A stretch of 64,000 bases of DNA from Macrostomum lignano (Eukaryota). The stretch is from assembly GCA_002269645.1 (NCBI GenBank), contig NIVC01000709.1, positions 400,932 to 464,931 of the forward strand, in the 5' to 3' direction. The notes beneath the pieces are model-generated. The model had not been told where the DNA came from and ran no database searches. It was given only the letters and a program-made list of their open reading frames with translations. Positions 11,498 through 23,400 of this stretch are shown piece by piece; the stretch's first letter is position 1; each line of letters opens with the position of its first letter. Both the position numbers and the translations under genes were made by a program.

Positions 11498-14400
11498 TTA
11501 GACACTAAGACAGACAGTACATTTTCGAGCTTGTAAAAGCAACCCGCTGGTTCTTGCTCAACAAATATTAGCCGGCGGGGGAGTGAAATAAAATCCTGTG
11601 TGAGCAAGGGTGAATGTGAAGCATATTAAACATATAAAGCACAGCACAGTACTAAAACTGACTGTGTATAATTGCCTAGAAATCAAGCACACCGGCAGCA
11701 AGCAGCTATGTAACAGCTTACGATTTGGTGATTATCAAAACTAGTGCAAGCGGCACAACAGAAAGCTACGTGCAAACAGACACAGCACAAAAATTTGCAG
11801 ACAGGTATAAATAGGGTGGGCCCAGCACTAGGCAGCCAATCACAACATCTAAGCATGGATTATCGACGCTTACAGTTCTCATGATCTGGCAATGGGGAGC
11901 GACATGAAGACTGCATTAATGAATTTCAATAATCGGTGCACCAGTGTGACTGAGGCTCTGAGCTGCCTGTCCCAGTGTGTCTGAGCTGCCTGTCCCAGTG
12001 TGACTGAGCTGCCTGTCCCAGTGTGACTGAGCTGCCTGTCCCAGTGTGTCTGATCTGCCTGTCCCAGTGTGACTGAGCTGCCTGTCGCAGTGTGACTGAG
12101 CTGCCTGTCGCAGTGTGACTGAGCTGCCTGTCCCAGTGTGACTGAGCTGCCTGTCCCAGTGTGTCTGATCTGCCTGTCCCAGTGTGACTGAGCTGCCTGT
12201 CCCAGTGTGACTGAGCTGCCTGTCCCAGTGTGACTGAGCTGCCTGTCCCAGTGTGTCTGAGCTGCCTGTCCCAGTGTGACTGAGCTGCCTGTCCCAGTGT
12301 GACTGAGCTGCCTGTCCCAGTGCACCAGTGTGACTGAGCTGCCTGTCCCACTGTGACTGAGCTGCCTGTCCCAGTGTGACTGAGCTGCCTGTCCCAGTGT
12401 GACTGAGCTGCCTGTCCCAGTGTGACTGAGCTGCCTGTCCCAGTGTGACTGAGCTGCCTGTCCCAGTGTGTCTGAGCTGCCTGTCCCAGTGTGACTGAGC
12501 TGCCTGTCCCAGTGTGACTGAGCTGCCTGTCCCAGTGCACCAGTGTGACTGAGCTGCCTGTCCCAGTGTGACTGAGCTGCCTGTCCCAGTGTGACTGAGC
12601 TGCCTGTCCCAGTGTGACTGAGCTGCCTGTCCCAGTGTGACTGAGCTGCCTGTCCCAGTGTGTCTGAGCTGCCTGTCCCAGTGTGACTGAGCTGCCTGTC
12701 CCAGTGTGACTGAGCTGCCTGTCCCAGTGTGTCTGAGCTGCCTGTCCCAGTGTGACTGAGCTGCCTGTCCCAGTGTGACTGAGCTGCCTGTCCCAGTGTG
12801 ACTGAGCTGCCTGTCCCAGTGTGTCTGAGCTGCCTGTCTCAGTGTGTCTGAGCTGCCTGTCCCAGTGTGACTGAGCTGCCTGTCCCAGTGTGTCTGAGCT
12901 GCCTGTCCCAGTGTGACTGAGCTGCCTGTCCCTGTGTGACTGAGCTGCCTGTCCCAGTGTGACTGAGCTGCCTGTCCCAGTGTGACTGAGCTGCCTGTCC
13001 CAGTGTGACTGAGCTGCCTGTCCCAGTGTGTCTGAGCTGCCTGTCCCAGTGTGACTGAGCTGCCTGTCCCAGTGTGACTGAGCTGCCTGTCCCAGTGTGT
13101 CTGAGCTGCCTGTCCCAGTGTGACTGAGCTGCCTGTCCCAGTGTGACTGAGCTGCCTGTCCCAGTGTGACTGAGCTGCCTGTCCCAGTGTGACTGAGCTG
13201 CCTGTCCCAGTGTGACTGAGCTGCCTGTCCCAGTGTGACTGAGCTGCCTGTCCCAGTGTGACTGAGCTGCCTGTCCCAGTGTGACTGAGCTGCCTGTCCC
13301 AGTGTGTCTGAGCTGCCTGTCCCAGTGTGACTGAGCTGCCTGTCCCAGTGTGACTGAGCTGCCTGTCCCAGTGTGTCTGAGCTGCCTGTCCCAGTGTGAC
13401 TGAGCTGCCTGTCCCAGTGTGACTGAGCTGCCTGTCCCAGTGTGACTGAGCTGCCTGTCCCAGTGTGTCTGAGCTGCCTGTCTCAGTGTGTCTGAGCTGC
13501 CTGTCCCAGTGTGTCTGAGCTACCTGTCCCAGTGTGTCTGAGCTGCCTGTCCCAGTGTGACTGAGCTGCCTGTCCCAGTGTGACTGAGCTGCCTGTCCCA
13601 GTGTGACTGAGCTGCCTGTCCCAGTGTGTCTGAGCTGCCTGTCCCAGTGTGACTGAGCTGCCTGTCCCAGTGTGACTGAGCTGCCTGTCCCAGTGTGACT
13701 GAGCTGCCTGTCCCAGTGTGACTGAGCTGCCTGTCCCAGTGTGACTGAGCTGCCTGTCCCAGTGCACCAGTGTGACTGAGCTGCCTGTCCCAGTGTGACT
13801 GAGCTGCCTGTCCCAGTGTGTCTGAGCTGCCTGTTCCAGTGTGACTGAGCTGCCTGTCTCAGTGCACCAGTGTGACTGAGCTGCCTGTCCCAGTGTGACT
13901 GAGCTGCCTGTCCCAGAGTGACTGAGCTGCCTGTCCCAGTGTGACTGAGCTGCCTGTCCCAGTGTGTCTGAGCTGCCTGTCCCAGTGTGACTGAGCTGCC
14001 TGTCCCAGTGCACCAGTGTGACTGAGCTGCCTGTCCCAGTGTGTCTGAGCTGCCTGTCCCAGTGTGACTGAGCTGCCTGTCCCAGTGTGACTGAGCTGCC
14101 TGTCCCAGTGTGACTGAGCTGCCTGTCCCAGTGTGTCTGAGCTGCCTGTCCCAGTGTGTCTGAGCTGCCTGTCCCAGTGTGTCTGAGCTGCCTGTTCCAG
14201 TGCACCAGTGTGTGAAAGCAAGCCAAAAGCAGAGAACAGTGAGAGCAATCTCACCTTCTGCTTCTTGTGGTAGAGCACGTACAGGAAGCCGAACAGGAAG
14301 ATGGCCACCAGCATGTACACCATGAAGTGGCTGGAGCCCGCGTCCGTGTCGCCGCTGCCAGAGCCGCCGAAGTGGTTTTTGGCGCCCGCACCGCCGGCGC

Positions 14401-17400
14401 TCTGATCGAGCGGCAGCTCCTTGATGCCGGATTCTGCGGGAGGCGAGGAGAGACAGTGGGGATGAGGCAGAGCTGAGCAGCTCATTTCGTGACGATGTAA
14501 AAAGCATTTGAAGAAATTTTCTGGTGTGAGTCTTCAAACTGCGATTCTTCAGAGACTCAGGTGGTGGCGATTCTTCAGAGACTCAGGTGGGAGATTCTTC
14601 AGAGACTCAGGTGGGAGATTCTTCAGAGACTCAGGTGGGAGATTCTTCAGAGACTCAGGTGGGAGATTCTACAGAGACTCAGGTGGGAGATTCTACAGAG
14701 ACTCAGGTGGGAGATTCTTCAGAGACTCAGGTGGGAGATTCATTAAAGACTCAGGTGGGAGATTCTACAGAGACTCAGGTGGGAGATTCTACAGAGACTC
14801 AGGTGGGAGATTCTTCAGAGACTCAGGTGGGAGATTCATTAGAGACTCAGGTGGGAGATTCTTCAGAGACTCAGGTGGGAGATTCTTCAGAGACTCAGGT
14901 GGGAGATTCTTCAGAGACCTACCTATGGGAAGCTGACCGGAACCTGTGGCATCAGTTTTCTGAGTCTTGTCGCGATTAGCAGGCTTCCGCTTTGTGGTGG
15001 AGGAAGTCCCGGCAGTGGTGGTTGAGCTGGTTATCGCTGTAGACATTGTCGACGACTTGGCGGGCTTTGCAGAGGATGAGGCCGCACTGCTGGTGGTGCC
15101 GAAGTCAGCGGGCTGCTTAGCCCCGGTTTCTGAGCCTGGAGCACCTGTGAAGTGAGGCAGTGGGGATGATTTAGAGCCGATTCTCCAGCGCGAGCTAGGG
15201 TGACATCGCTCCAGAGTCGCTGGAGGTAACATAGGTGACACAGAAGACTTTAAAACGACGAGATGTCACGGTACAAGTCGCTAAAAGTCTTTACTGTCGA
15301 CTCTGGTGCGACGCAAGTGAATCAATCAACTTCTATAATGACTCTGGGGCGTACTGGAGTTGCTTTAGAATCAATGAGTTGCGTCTAAGGCGCATCTGCG
15401 TCAATTTATGAATTGGAACGGGTGAGGGCGACTCTTCAGTGTGGTCTAGGCGATTCTATAAGGTAGTCTAGGGGCGATTCTATAAGGTAGTCTAGGGGCG
15501 ATTGTATAAGGTAGTCTAGGGGCGATTCTAGAAGGTAGTCTAGGGGCGATTCTATAAGGTAGTCTAGGGGCGATTCTATAAGGTAGTCTAGGGGCGATTC
15601 TATAAGGTAGTCTAGGGGCGATTCTATAAGGTAGTCTAGGGGCGATTCTATAAGGTAGTCTAGGGGCGATTGTATAAGGTAGTCTAGGGGCGATTCTATA
15701 AGGTAGTCTAGGGGCGATTCTATAAGGTAGTCTAGGGGCGATTCTATAAGGTAGTCTAGGGGCGATTCTATAAGGTAGTCTAGGGGCGATTCTATAAGGT
15801 AGTCTAGGGGCGATTGTATAAGGTAGTCTAGGGGCGATTCTAGAAGGTAGTCTAGGGGCGATTCTATAAGGTAGTCTAGGGGCGATTCTATAAGGTAGTC
15901 TAGGGGCGATTCTATAAGGTAGTCTAGGGGCGATTCTATAAGGTAGTCTAGGGGCGATTCTATAAGGTAGTCTAGGGGCGATTCTATAAGGTAGTCTAGG
16001 GGCGATTCTATAAGGTAGTCTAGGGGCGATTGTATAAGGTAGTCTAGGGGCGATTCTAGAAGGTAGTCTAGGGGCGATTCTATAAGGTAGTCTAGGGGCG
16101 ATTCTATAAGGTAGTCTAGGGGCGATTCTATAAGGTAGTCTAGGGGCGATTCTCCAAGGTGGCCCTCTAGGGGCGATTCTATAAGGTAGTCTAGGGGCGA
16201 TTCTATAAGGTAGTCTAGGGGCGATTCTATAAGGTAGTCTAGGGGCGATTCTATAAGGTAGTCTAGGGGCGATTCTATAAGGTAGTCTAGGGGCGATTCT
16301 CCAAGGTGGCCCTCTAGGGGCGATTCTATAAGGTAGTCTAGGGGCGATTCTATAAGGTAGTCTAGGGGCGATTCTATAAGGTAGTCTAGGGGCGATTCTA
16401 TAAGGTAGTCTAGGGGCGATTCTATAAGGTAGTCTAGGGGCGATTCTATAAGGTAGTCTAGGGGCGATTCTATAAGGTAGTCTAGGGGCGATTCTATAAG
16501 GTAGTCTAGGGGCGATTCTATAAGGTAGTCTAGGGGCGATTCTATAAGGTAGTCTAGGGGCGATTCTATAAGGTAGTCTAGGGGCGATTCTATAAGGTAG
16601 TCTAGGGGCGATTCTATAAGGTAGTCTAGGGGCGATTCTATAAGGTAGTCTAGGGGCGATTCTATAAGGTAGTCTAGGGGCGATTCTATAAGGTAGTCTA
16701 GGGGCGATTCTATAAGGTAGTCTAGGGGCGATTCTATAAGGTAGTCTAGGGGCGATTCTATAAGGTAGTCTAGGGGCGATTCTATAAGGTAGTCTAGGGG
16801 CGATTCTATAAGGTAGTCTAGGGGCGATTCTATAAGGTAGTCTAGGGGCGATTCTATAAGGTAGTCTAGGGGCGATTCTATAAGGTAGTCTAGGGGCGAT
16901 TCTATAAGGTAGTCTAGGGGCGATTCTATAAGGTAGTCTAGGGGCGATTCTATAAGGTAGTCTAGGGGCGATTCTATAAGGTAGTCTAGGGGCGATTCTA
17001 TAAGGTAGTCTAGGGGCGATTCTATAAGGTAGTCTAGGGGCGATTCTATAAGGTAGTCTAGGGGCGATTCTCCAAGGTGGCCCTCTAGGGGCGATTCTAT
17101 AAGGTAGTCTAGGGGCGATTCTATAAGGTAGTCTAGGGGCGATTCTATAAGGTAGTCTAGGGGCGATTCTATAAGGTAGTCTAGGGGCGATTCTCCAAGG
17201 TGGCCCTCTAGGGGCGATTCTATAAGGTAGTCTAGGGGCGATTCTCCAAGATGGCCCTCTAGGGGCGATTCTATAGGGCAGTCTAGGGGCGATTCTATAA
17301 GGTAGTCTAGGGGCGATTCTCCAAGGTGGCTCTCTAGGGGCGATTCTATAAGGTAGTCTAGGGGCGATTCTACAAGGTAGTCTAGGGGCGATTCTCTAAG

Positions 17401-20400
17401 GTGGCTCTCTAGGGGCGATTCTACAAGGTAGTCTAGGGGCGATTCTCCAAGATGGCCCTCTAGGGGCGATTCTATAAGGCAGTCTAGGGGCGATTCTATA
17501 AGGTAGTCTAGGGGCGATTCTCCAAGGTGGCTCTCTAGGGGCGATTCTATAAGGCAGTCTAGGGGCGATTCTATAAGGTAGTCTAGGGGCGATTCTCCAA
17601 GGTGGCCCTCTAGGGGCGATTCTATAAGGTAGTCTAGGGGCGATTCTCCAAGATGGCCCTCTAGGGGCGATTCTATAGGGCAGTCTAGGGGCGATTCTAT
17701 AAGGTAGTCTAGGGGCGATTCTCCAAGGTGGCTCTCTAGGGGCGATTCTATAAGGTAGTCTAGGGGCGATTCTACAAGGTAGTCTAGGGGCGATTCTCTA
17801 AGGTGGCTCTCTAGGGGCGATTCTACAAGGTAGTCTAGGGGCGATTCTCCAAGATGGCCCTCTAGGGGCGATTCTATAAGGCAGTCTAGGGGCGATTCTA
17901 TAAGGTAGTCTAGGGGCGATTCTCCAAGGTGGCTCTCTAGGGGCGATTCTATAAGGCAGTCTAGGGGCGATTCTATAAGGTAGTCTAGGGGCGATTCTCC
18001 AAGGTGGCCCTCTAGGGGCGATTCTATAAGGTAGTCTAGGGGCGATTCTCCAAGGTGGCTCTCTAGGGGCGATTCTATAAGTAGTCTATTCTCCAAGGTG
18101 GCTCTCTAGGGGTGATTGTGATTCTCCAAGGTGGCTCTCTAGGGGTGATTGTGATTCTCCAAGGTGGCTCTCTAGGGGTGATTCTCCAAGGTGGCTCTCT
18201 AGGGGTGATTCTCCAAGGTGGCTCTCTAGGGGTGATTCTCCAAGGTGGCTCTCTAGGGGTGATTCTCCAAGGTGGCTCTCTAGGGGTGATTCTCCAAGGT
18301 GGCTCTCTAGGGGTGATTCTCCAAGGTGGCTCTCTAGGGGTGATTCTCCAAGGTGGCTCTCTAGGGGTGATTCTCCAAGGTGGCTCTCTAGGGGTGATTC
18401 TCCAAGGTGGCTCTCTAGGGGTGATTCTCCAAGGTGGCTCTCTAGGGGTGATTGTGATTCTCCAAGGTGGCTCTCTAGGGGTGATTGTGATTCTCCAAGG
18501 TGGCTCTCTAGGGGTGATTGTGATTCTCCAAGGTGGCTCTCTAGGGGTGATTCTCCAAGGTGGCTCTCTAGGGATGATTCTCCAAGGTGGCTCTCTAGGG
18601 GTGATTGTGATTCTCCAAGGTGGCTCTCTAGGGGTGATTGTGATTCTCCAAGGTGGCTCTCTAGGGGTGATTGTGATTCTCCAAGGTGGCTCTCTAGGGG
18701 TGATTCTCCAAGGTGGCTCTCTAGGGGTGATTCTCCAAGGTGGCTCTCTAGGGATGATTCTCCAAGGTGGCTCTCTAGGGGTGATTCTCCAAGGTGGCTC
18801 TCTAGAGGTGATTCTCTAAGGTGGCTCTCTATGGGTGATTCTCCAGGGTATTCTAGGCCCTTTAGGGGCGATTCTCCAAGGTGGCTCTCTAGGGGTGATT
18901 CTCCAGGGTATTCTAGGCCCTTTAGGGGCGATTCTCCAAGGTGGCTCTCTAGGGGTGATTCTCCAGGGTATTCTAGGCCCTCTAGGGGCGATTCTTCAAA
19001 GTAGTCTAGGCCCTCGATTATCTAGTGGCAATGCAGGGCAAAGCCAAAGGCACAAACTATTCCTTAGACAAAAGACAACTTGCCATCAGCCTTGCCAGCA
19101 TTCTCCTTATCCTTGCTTTTGCCCTCTTGTGAGCCAGCCGCAGTTGAAGCCGATTTTTTTGTGTCTGCTGTGGTTGCAGTGACGGTAGACGCTGCTATGG
19201 TGGTAGTAGCAGAAGATCCAGCAGCTGTTGCGGTTCTTGAAGAAGATTTGAGGCCAGAATTTATTGTTTCATTGCGTTTCGAGCCTCTGTTGCTGCTTGC
19301 ATTGTTGACAGTGGATTTGACTGATGAACTGTTGCTAGCCAATGGTGCGGCAGCCGTAGGCCCAGTGGAGCTGATAGAAGCCAAAGACGCATTTGTTTCT
19401 GTAGCATTAGAACTGATTGTCAAATTCGAATCTTGAGCAGCCAGGACAGTGCGATCCTTGCTCAGCGATTCTGACAACAATTTTTTAGAAAATTTAAAGA
19501 TTAGGCTTTTTAAGCTTATAAGCTAAAACATCTCCCAGAAATCATCATATAAAAAACCAACAAGCGACAAAACACATGACAAAACACTTTTGTCCTAAAC
19601 AAGATGTTCAGATTCTAAATTTGTTAGTTTTAATTAATGGCAATTTGAAAAAAATTAAATAAGGGCTCAGCTATATTTGAGGTCGATTGAGGACATAGGA
19701 CATTTTATCCTCAAACTTTTTATCCAATTTGCAATCCTATTAAATTTAAATTTAAAACTATACATGCAACTTAATGTATGACTAAGCATTTCATGCCCAT
19801 GTCTCCCTATATTTTACAACAAACAGGTAAAGGCAGTGATGGGCAATAGCGCCGCTAAATTTGAATTCTGCTAAAGCACTGCTAATGTTTTGTTGGCGCC
19901 GCTAATTCCGCTAAATTGAAATTTCAATTAGCATGCGCTATCAAAGTGCTGATAATATTTTCTTTTTTTCTTATTTTCTCTAGCACCAAATTCATTTTTT
20001 TGCTTTAAAACTGGATGGTTAATGACTGTTTAATACTTAAAATGAGACCCTATTTGAGTAATAAGTTAAAGATTACATAAATCCACCTAAACAAAATCTC
20101 AAACAAAGTTTCTAATTTTCTTAGAAATGCAAAAACGAAATTTGAATTTCTTTTTTTGCTTCAATTATCAACAATTAATCTTGTTCTTGTCATTGACTTT
20201 ATAAAAGTTTTCTTACTACTTTTAATTTGTTAGCAAAAAGTTGTTGATTAATTTAATTTAATTTAATAATTTAATCAAAGAATTTTATGTTAAACTGAGT
20301 TGATATTCTAAGCAATGATGCAAAGCAACAGGCTATATCAACAGGGTGATGGTGGGGTTAATAAATCCCATACCACCATTTCAAGCTGATGATCTTGCTT

Positions 20401-23400
20401 TCCTTCTTGAGTATAAGGTCATGGCCCCAGTAGCAAGGGCCCTTGACATTTTTCATGGCAAATAGCAATGTAATTTATGAACTCTTTCTATTAACTGTTG
20501 TTCTGACAGTTCAGTGGCTTGGGGATTTTTTATTAGGATTGATAATAAAAACAAGTTATTAGCAATAGCATTATTAGCTTATTCATTTAAAACATGTGAG
20601 TAAAAATGGGCAAAATGCATAAATACATGTGAAACAACAGTTTATATTAAATGTATTTATTAATTAGCACATTTCGAAATTAGCAGCACTAATTGCGCTA
20701 AATTCAAAGTAGAAATAGCACCTGCTATTAGCAATTGCTCATTTTTTTTCATTTATCAGTTAGCAATAGTGCTAATTTTAGTGGCACTAAAAATTAATTA
20801 TAGCGGTGCTCATCACTGGGTAAAGGGCATATCAACTTGAGCTCATAAAGGGAAGCCCAAGTAACCTATGTATACAAATGATATATTATTTTGCTCACAG
20901 AGACACCAAAAAATCTGGATTTGAAAAAAGGCAACAAAAATGGACTTGTAAATAATTTAGCTTTTTCTAGATTGTAAAAAAGATGTCAAAAATTCTGACA
21001 TGCCAATATTTTTCTCTTATAATAATTAAATATTTTAATGTCTTGTTAAAGCCTTTAATCTAGATTATATACTCAGCAACATCGAAAAGTCGCCATCACA
21101 GAAGATTCCGTCTGTGGTCGCCACTTTTGAGAGTGCAGGTAAAGTCTCTCAATTTTTACAAGTGACGCAACTTAGCTACGCCACAGCAGACTTGAGTTGA
21201 GGAATGAAGTGGGGGGGGGGGGATGGTGTGCGAGGGTTGGATGGGTTAAAGCTACCCTAATCAGTTTTCTCATATCTTTTATTCAGAATAGTCCCAGAGA
21301 AACTGCTCACTGGTGGATAGAGTGGCAACTTTTCAATGTTGCCAAGTATATATAGGCCTGTAAATCTTAAAATGGGGCTATTTTTTATGGTTGCTGACTA
21401 TTTCAATTGCTGTTAGTTGGTCTGCCACTCTTCCATCTAAAAATATAATAAATAGTCACTTGTTTGCTACAAAATATTAACTATACTATAATTTCAGCAT
21501 TATGGCATTAGAATAAGATAATTTCATGATAAGAAAACAAAAAAAATAAATAAATAATATATAATAAATAATACATAAATAATAAATTATCCAATTAAGA
21601 AAATGCAGTCATGCTAACTAGATAGTTAAAATTTAAATTGTTGTCTTATATAATAAGCTATCACATTTTTCCAAAATATTAATATTATGATCAACAAAAT
21701 TACATATACAAAAATGATATCTTACTATATTTTTATGGCTTGCAAATCATATCATAAAAAATAAGAAAAAAATAAGAAAAAATAAAATAATAAAATTTAT
21801 TTTCTTTTTTTCAAAAAGTCATTTCATCTATTGGCAAACAAAACAGTGGCAGATGAACTGACCACACATCTATTTTATAGACTAGATTAAAACTAAAAGG
21901 TAGGCCTAGGCCTAGGTAAAACAAAAATACAAAAAAATAAAAAAATATGGCAAAATCCAAAAATGTGGGATAAAATAGTAAAACAAATCTGCAGACATTT
22001 GATAGAAGATAATGTATTAAAGAAAGCTTTTTAAAAGACAGATAAATATTTTAATAAGTTCTGGATAAAAACTATTGTTTTCATGCTTTATATCATGGAA
22101 TAAATGAGTGAAAAACCACAAAAAAGGCATTTTACAAGTCCAAGTTGATTGCTTTACAATTTAATGTTTCATTTTTTCATTCATAAAAAATTAATTTTAA
22201 GACTTGTAGATCTTAGAAAAGGCACTTTTTTTACTACTTACAAAACAAATAGCATTCCATGTTTTACTTTTTTATTTTATTTAAAAAGATGGAGGATTTC
22301 TAAAGGATTTCTAAGTTTTTTGAAAACCACATTAACTGTAAAAATTGCAAAAATTCATACCAATTTAAGGTGCAAAGTTTGCTAGCAAACAACTTTCTCT
22401 AAAAGTAAATATCAACTTGTATAGTATTAGTATATGTAACATGCCAATATGTAGACTTAAAAATTTTATCAGAGCTTCTATATAATAATTTCTAATTATT
22501 TCTATAATAATAATATATAATAATAATTTAATTAATTTTTATTTTTTATAAGTCATTTTAGACATAATTTTATTTACTGTTGCTTGTAACAAATCATTTT
22601 ATTAAAGATAAGACTATATGTGAAGAATTTGTGCTTTTATAGATGTTTTTTACCTTTCTAAAACTAAAATAAATTTATTATATAGCTTCATTGCTTTCAA
22701 ATCACCAAAAAATGAATTTTCAAAAAACTTGCCCTCAATTTTTGGATTTGCCATAGGCCTATGTACCATAGTCCAGAAGAGGGGTGGTATGCCAGATTAA
22801 TCTAGCATACACTCATGACTTTTGGCGTACACTTGGCATACAATTTTTTACTTTTTAAAATCTGGCATATTACCTGGCGTATAAAAATGCATATTCAAAA
22901 AGTGGCGTACATGTTCCTGCAGTTGCAGAATCAAATCAAAAAGTCTAAGAAAATAGTGTGCATGCAGTTAATAGAATCACATGGAAGAGTTCATGAAAAG
23001 TGAACAAAAAAACATAAAATAAGTTTTTTAAGCAATTTCAAGCTTTCTAGGTTTTTAGAGCTTGTAATAAAAATTTAAACAAATCTTTGCATGTATCAAG
23101 TTTCCACTATAAATAATATCAGCAAAAAAAGCAAAGTATTAACCAAATTGTTAGCTAAAAAAGGGTACATTATACAATTTAAAAACAAAATAATTCATTG
23201 TTGCAAGGTAAAAAAGGTCATTTACTGTTGCAACACTAGTGCAGATTTGAAAGTAGGCATGCACTCAAAATTTGGCGTACACTAGTATACCAAAAAAATT
23301 GTGAGAGATTTTAGTCCGGCGTACATTCAGGGTGTTCCGAACTATGGCCTATGTATTCCATATTGTATATTAAAAATCAATAATAATGTAATATATTAGG

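Noticed and set aside
11916-14537. 873-aa ORF and overlapping 200-250-aa ORFs
   Set aside because: Translation of the 23-bp array; it crosses the real exon 4 in the wrong frame.
15436-18096. 886-aa ORF (ESPLDYLI repeats)
   Set aside because: It is the stop-free frame of a 24/27-bp array lying wholly in TGN38-like intron 2, with no non-repetitive domain.
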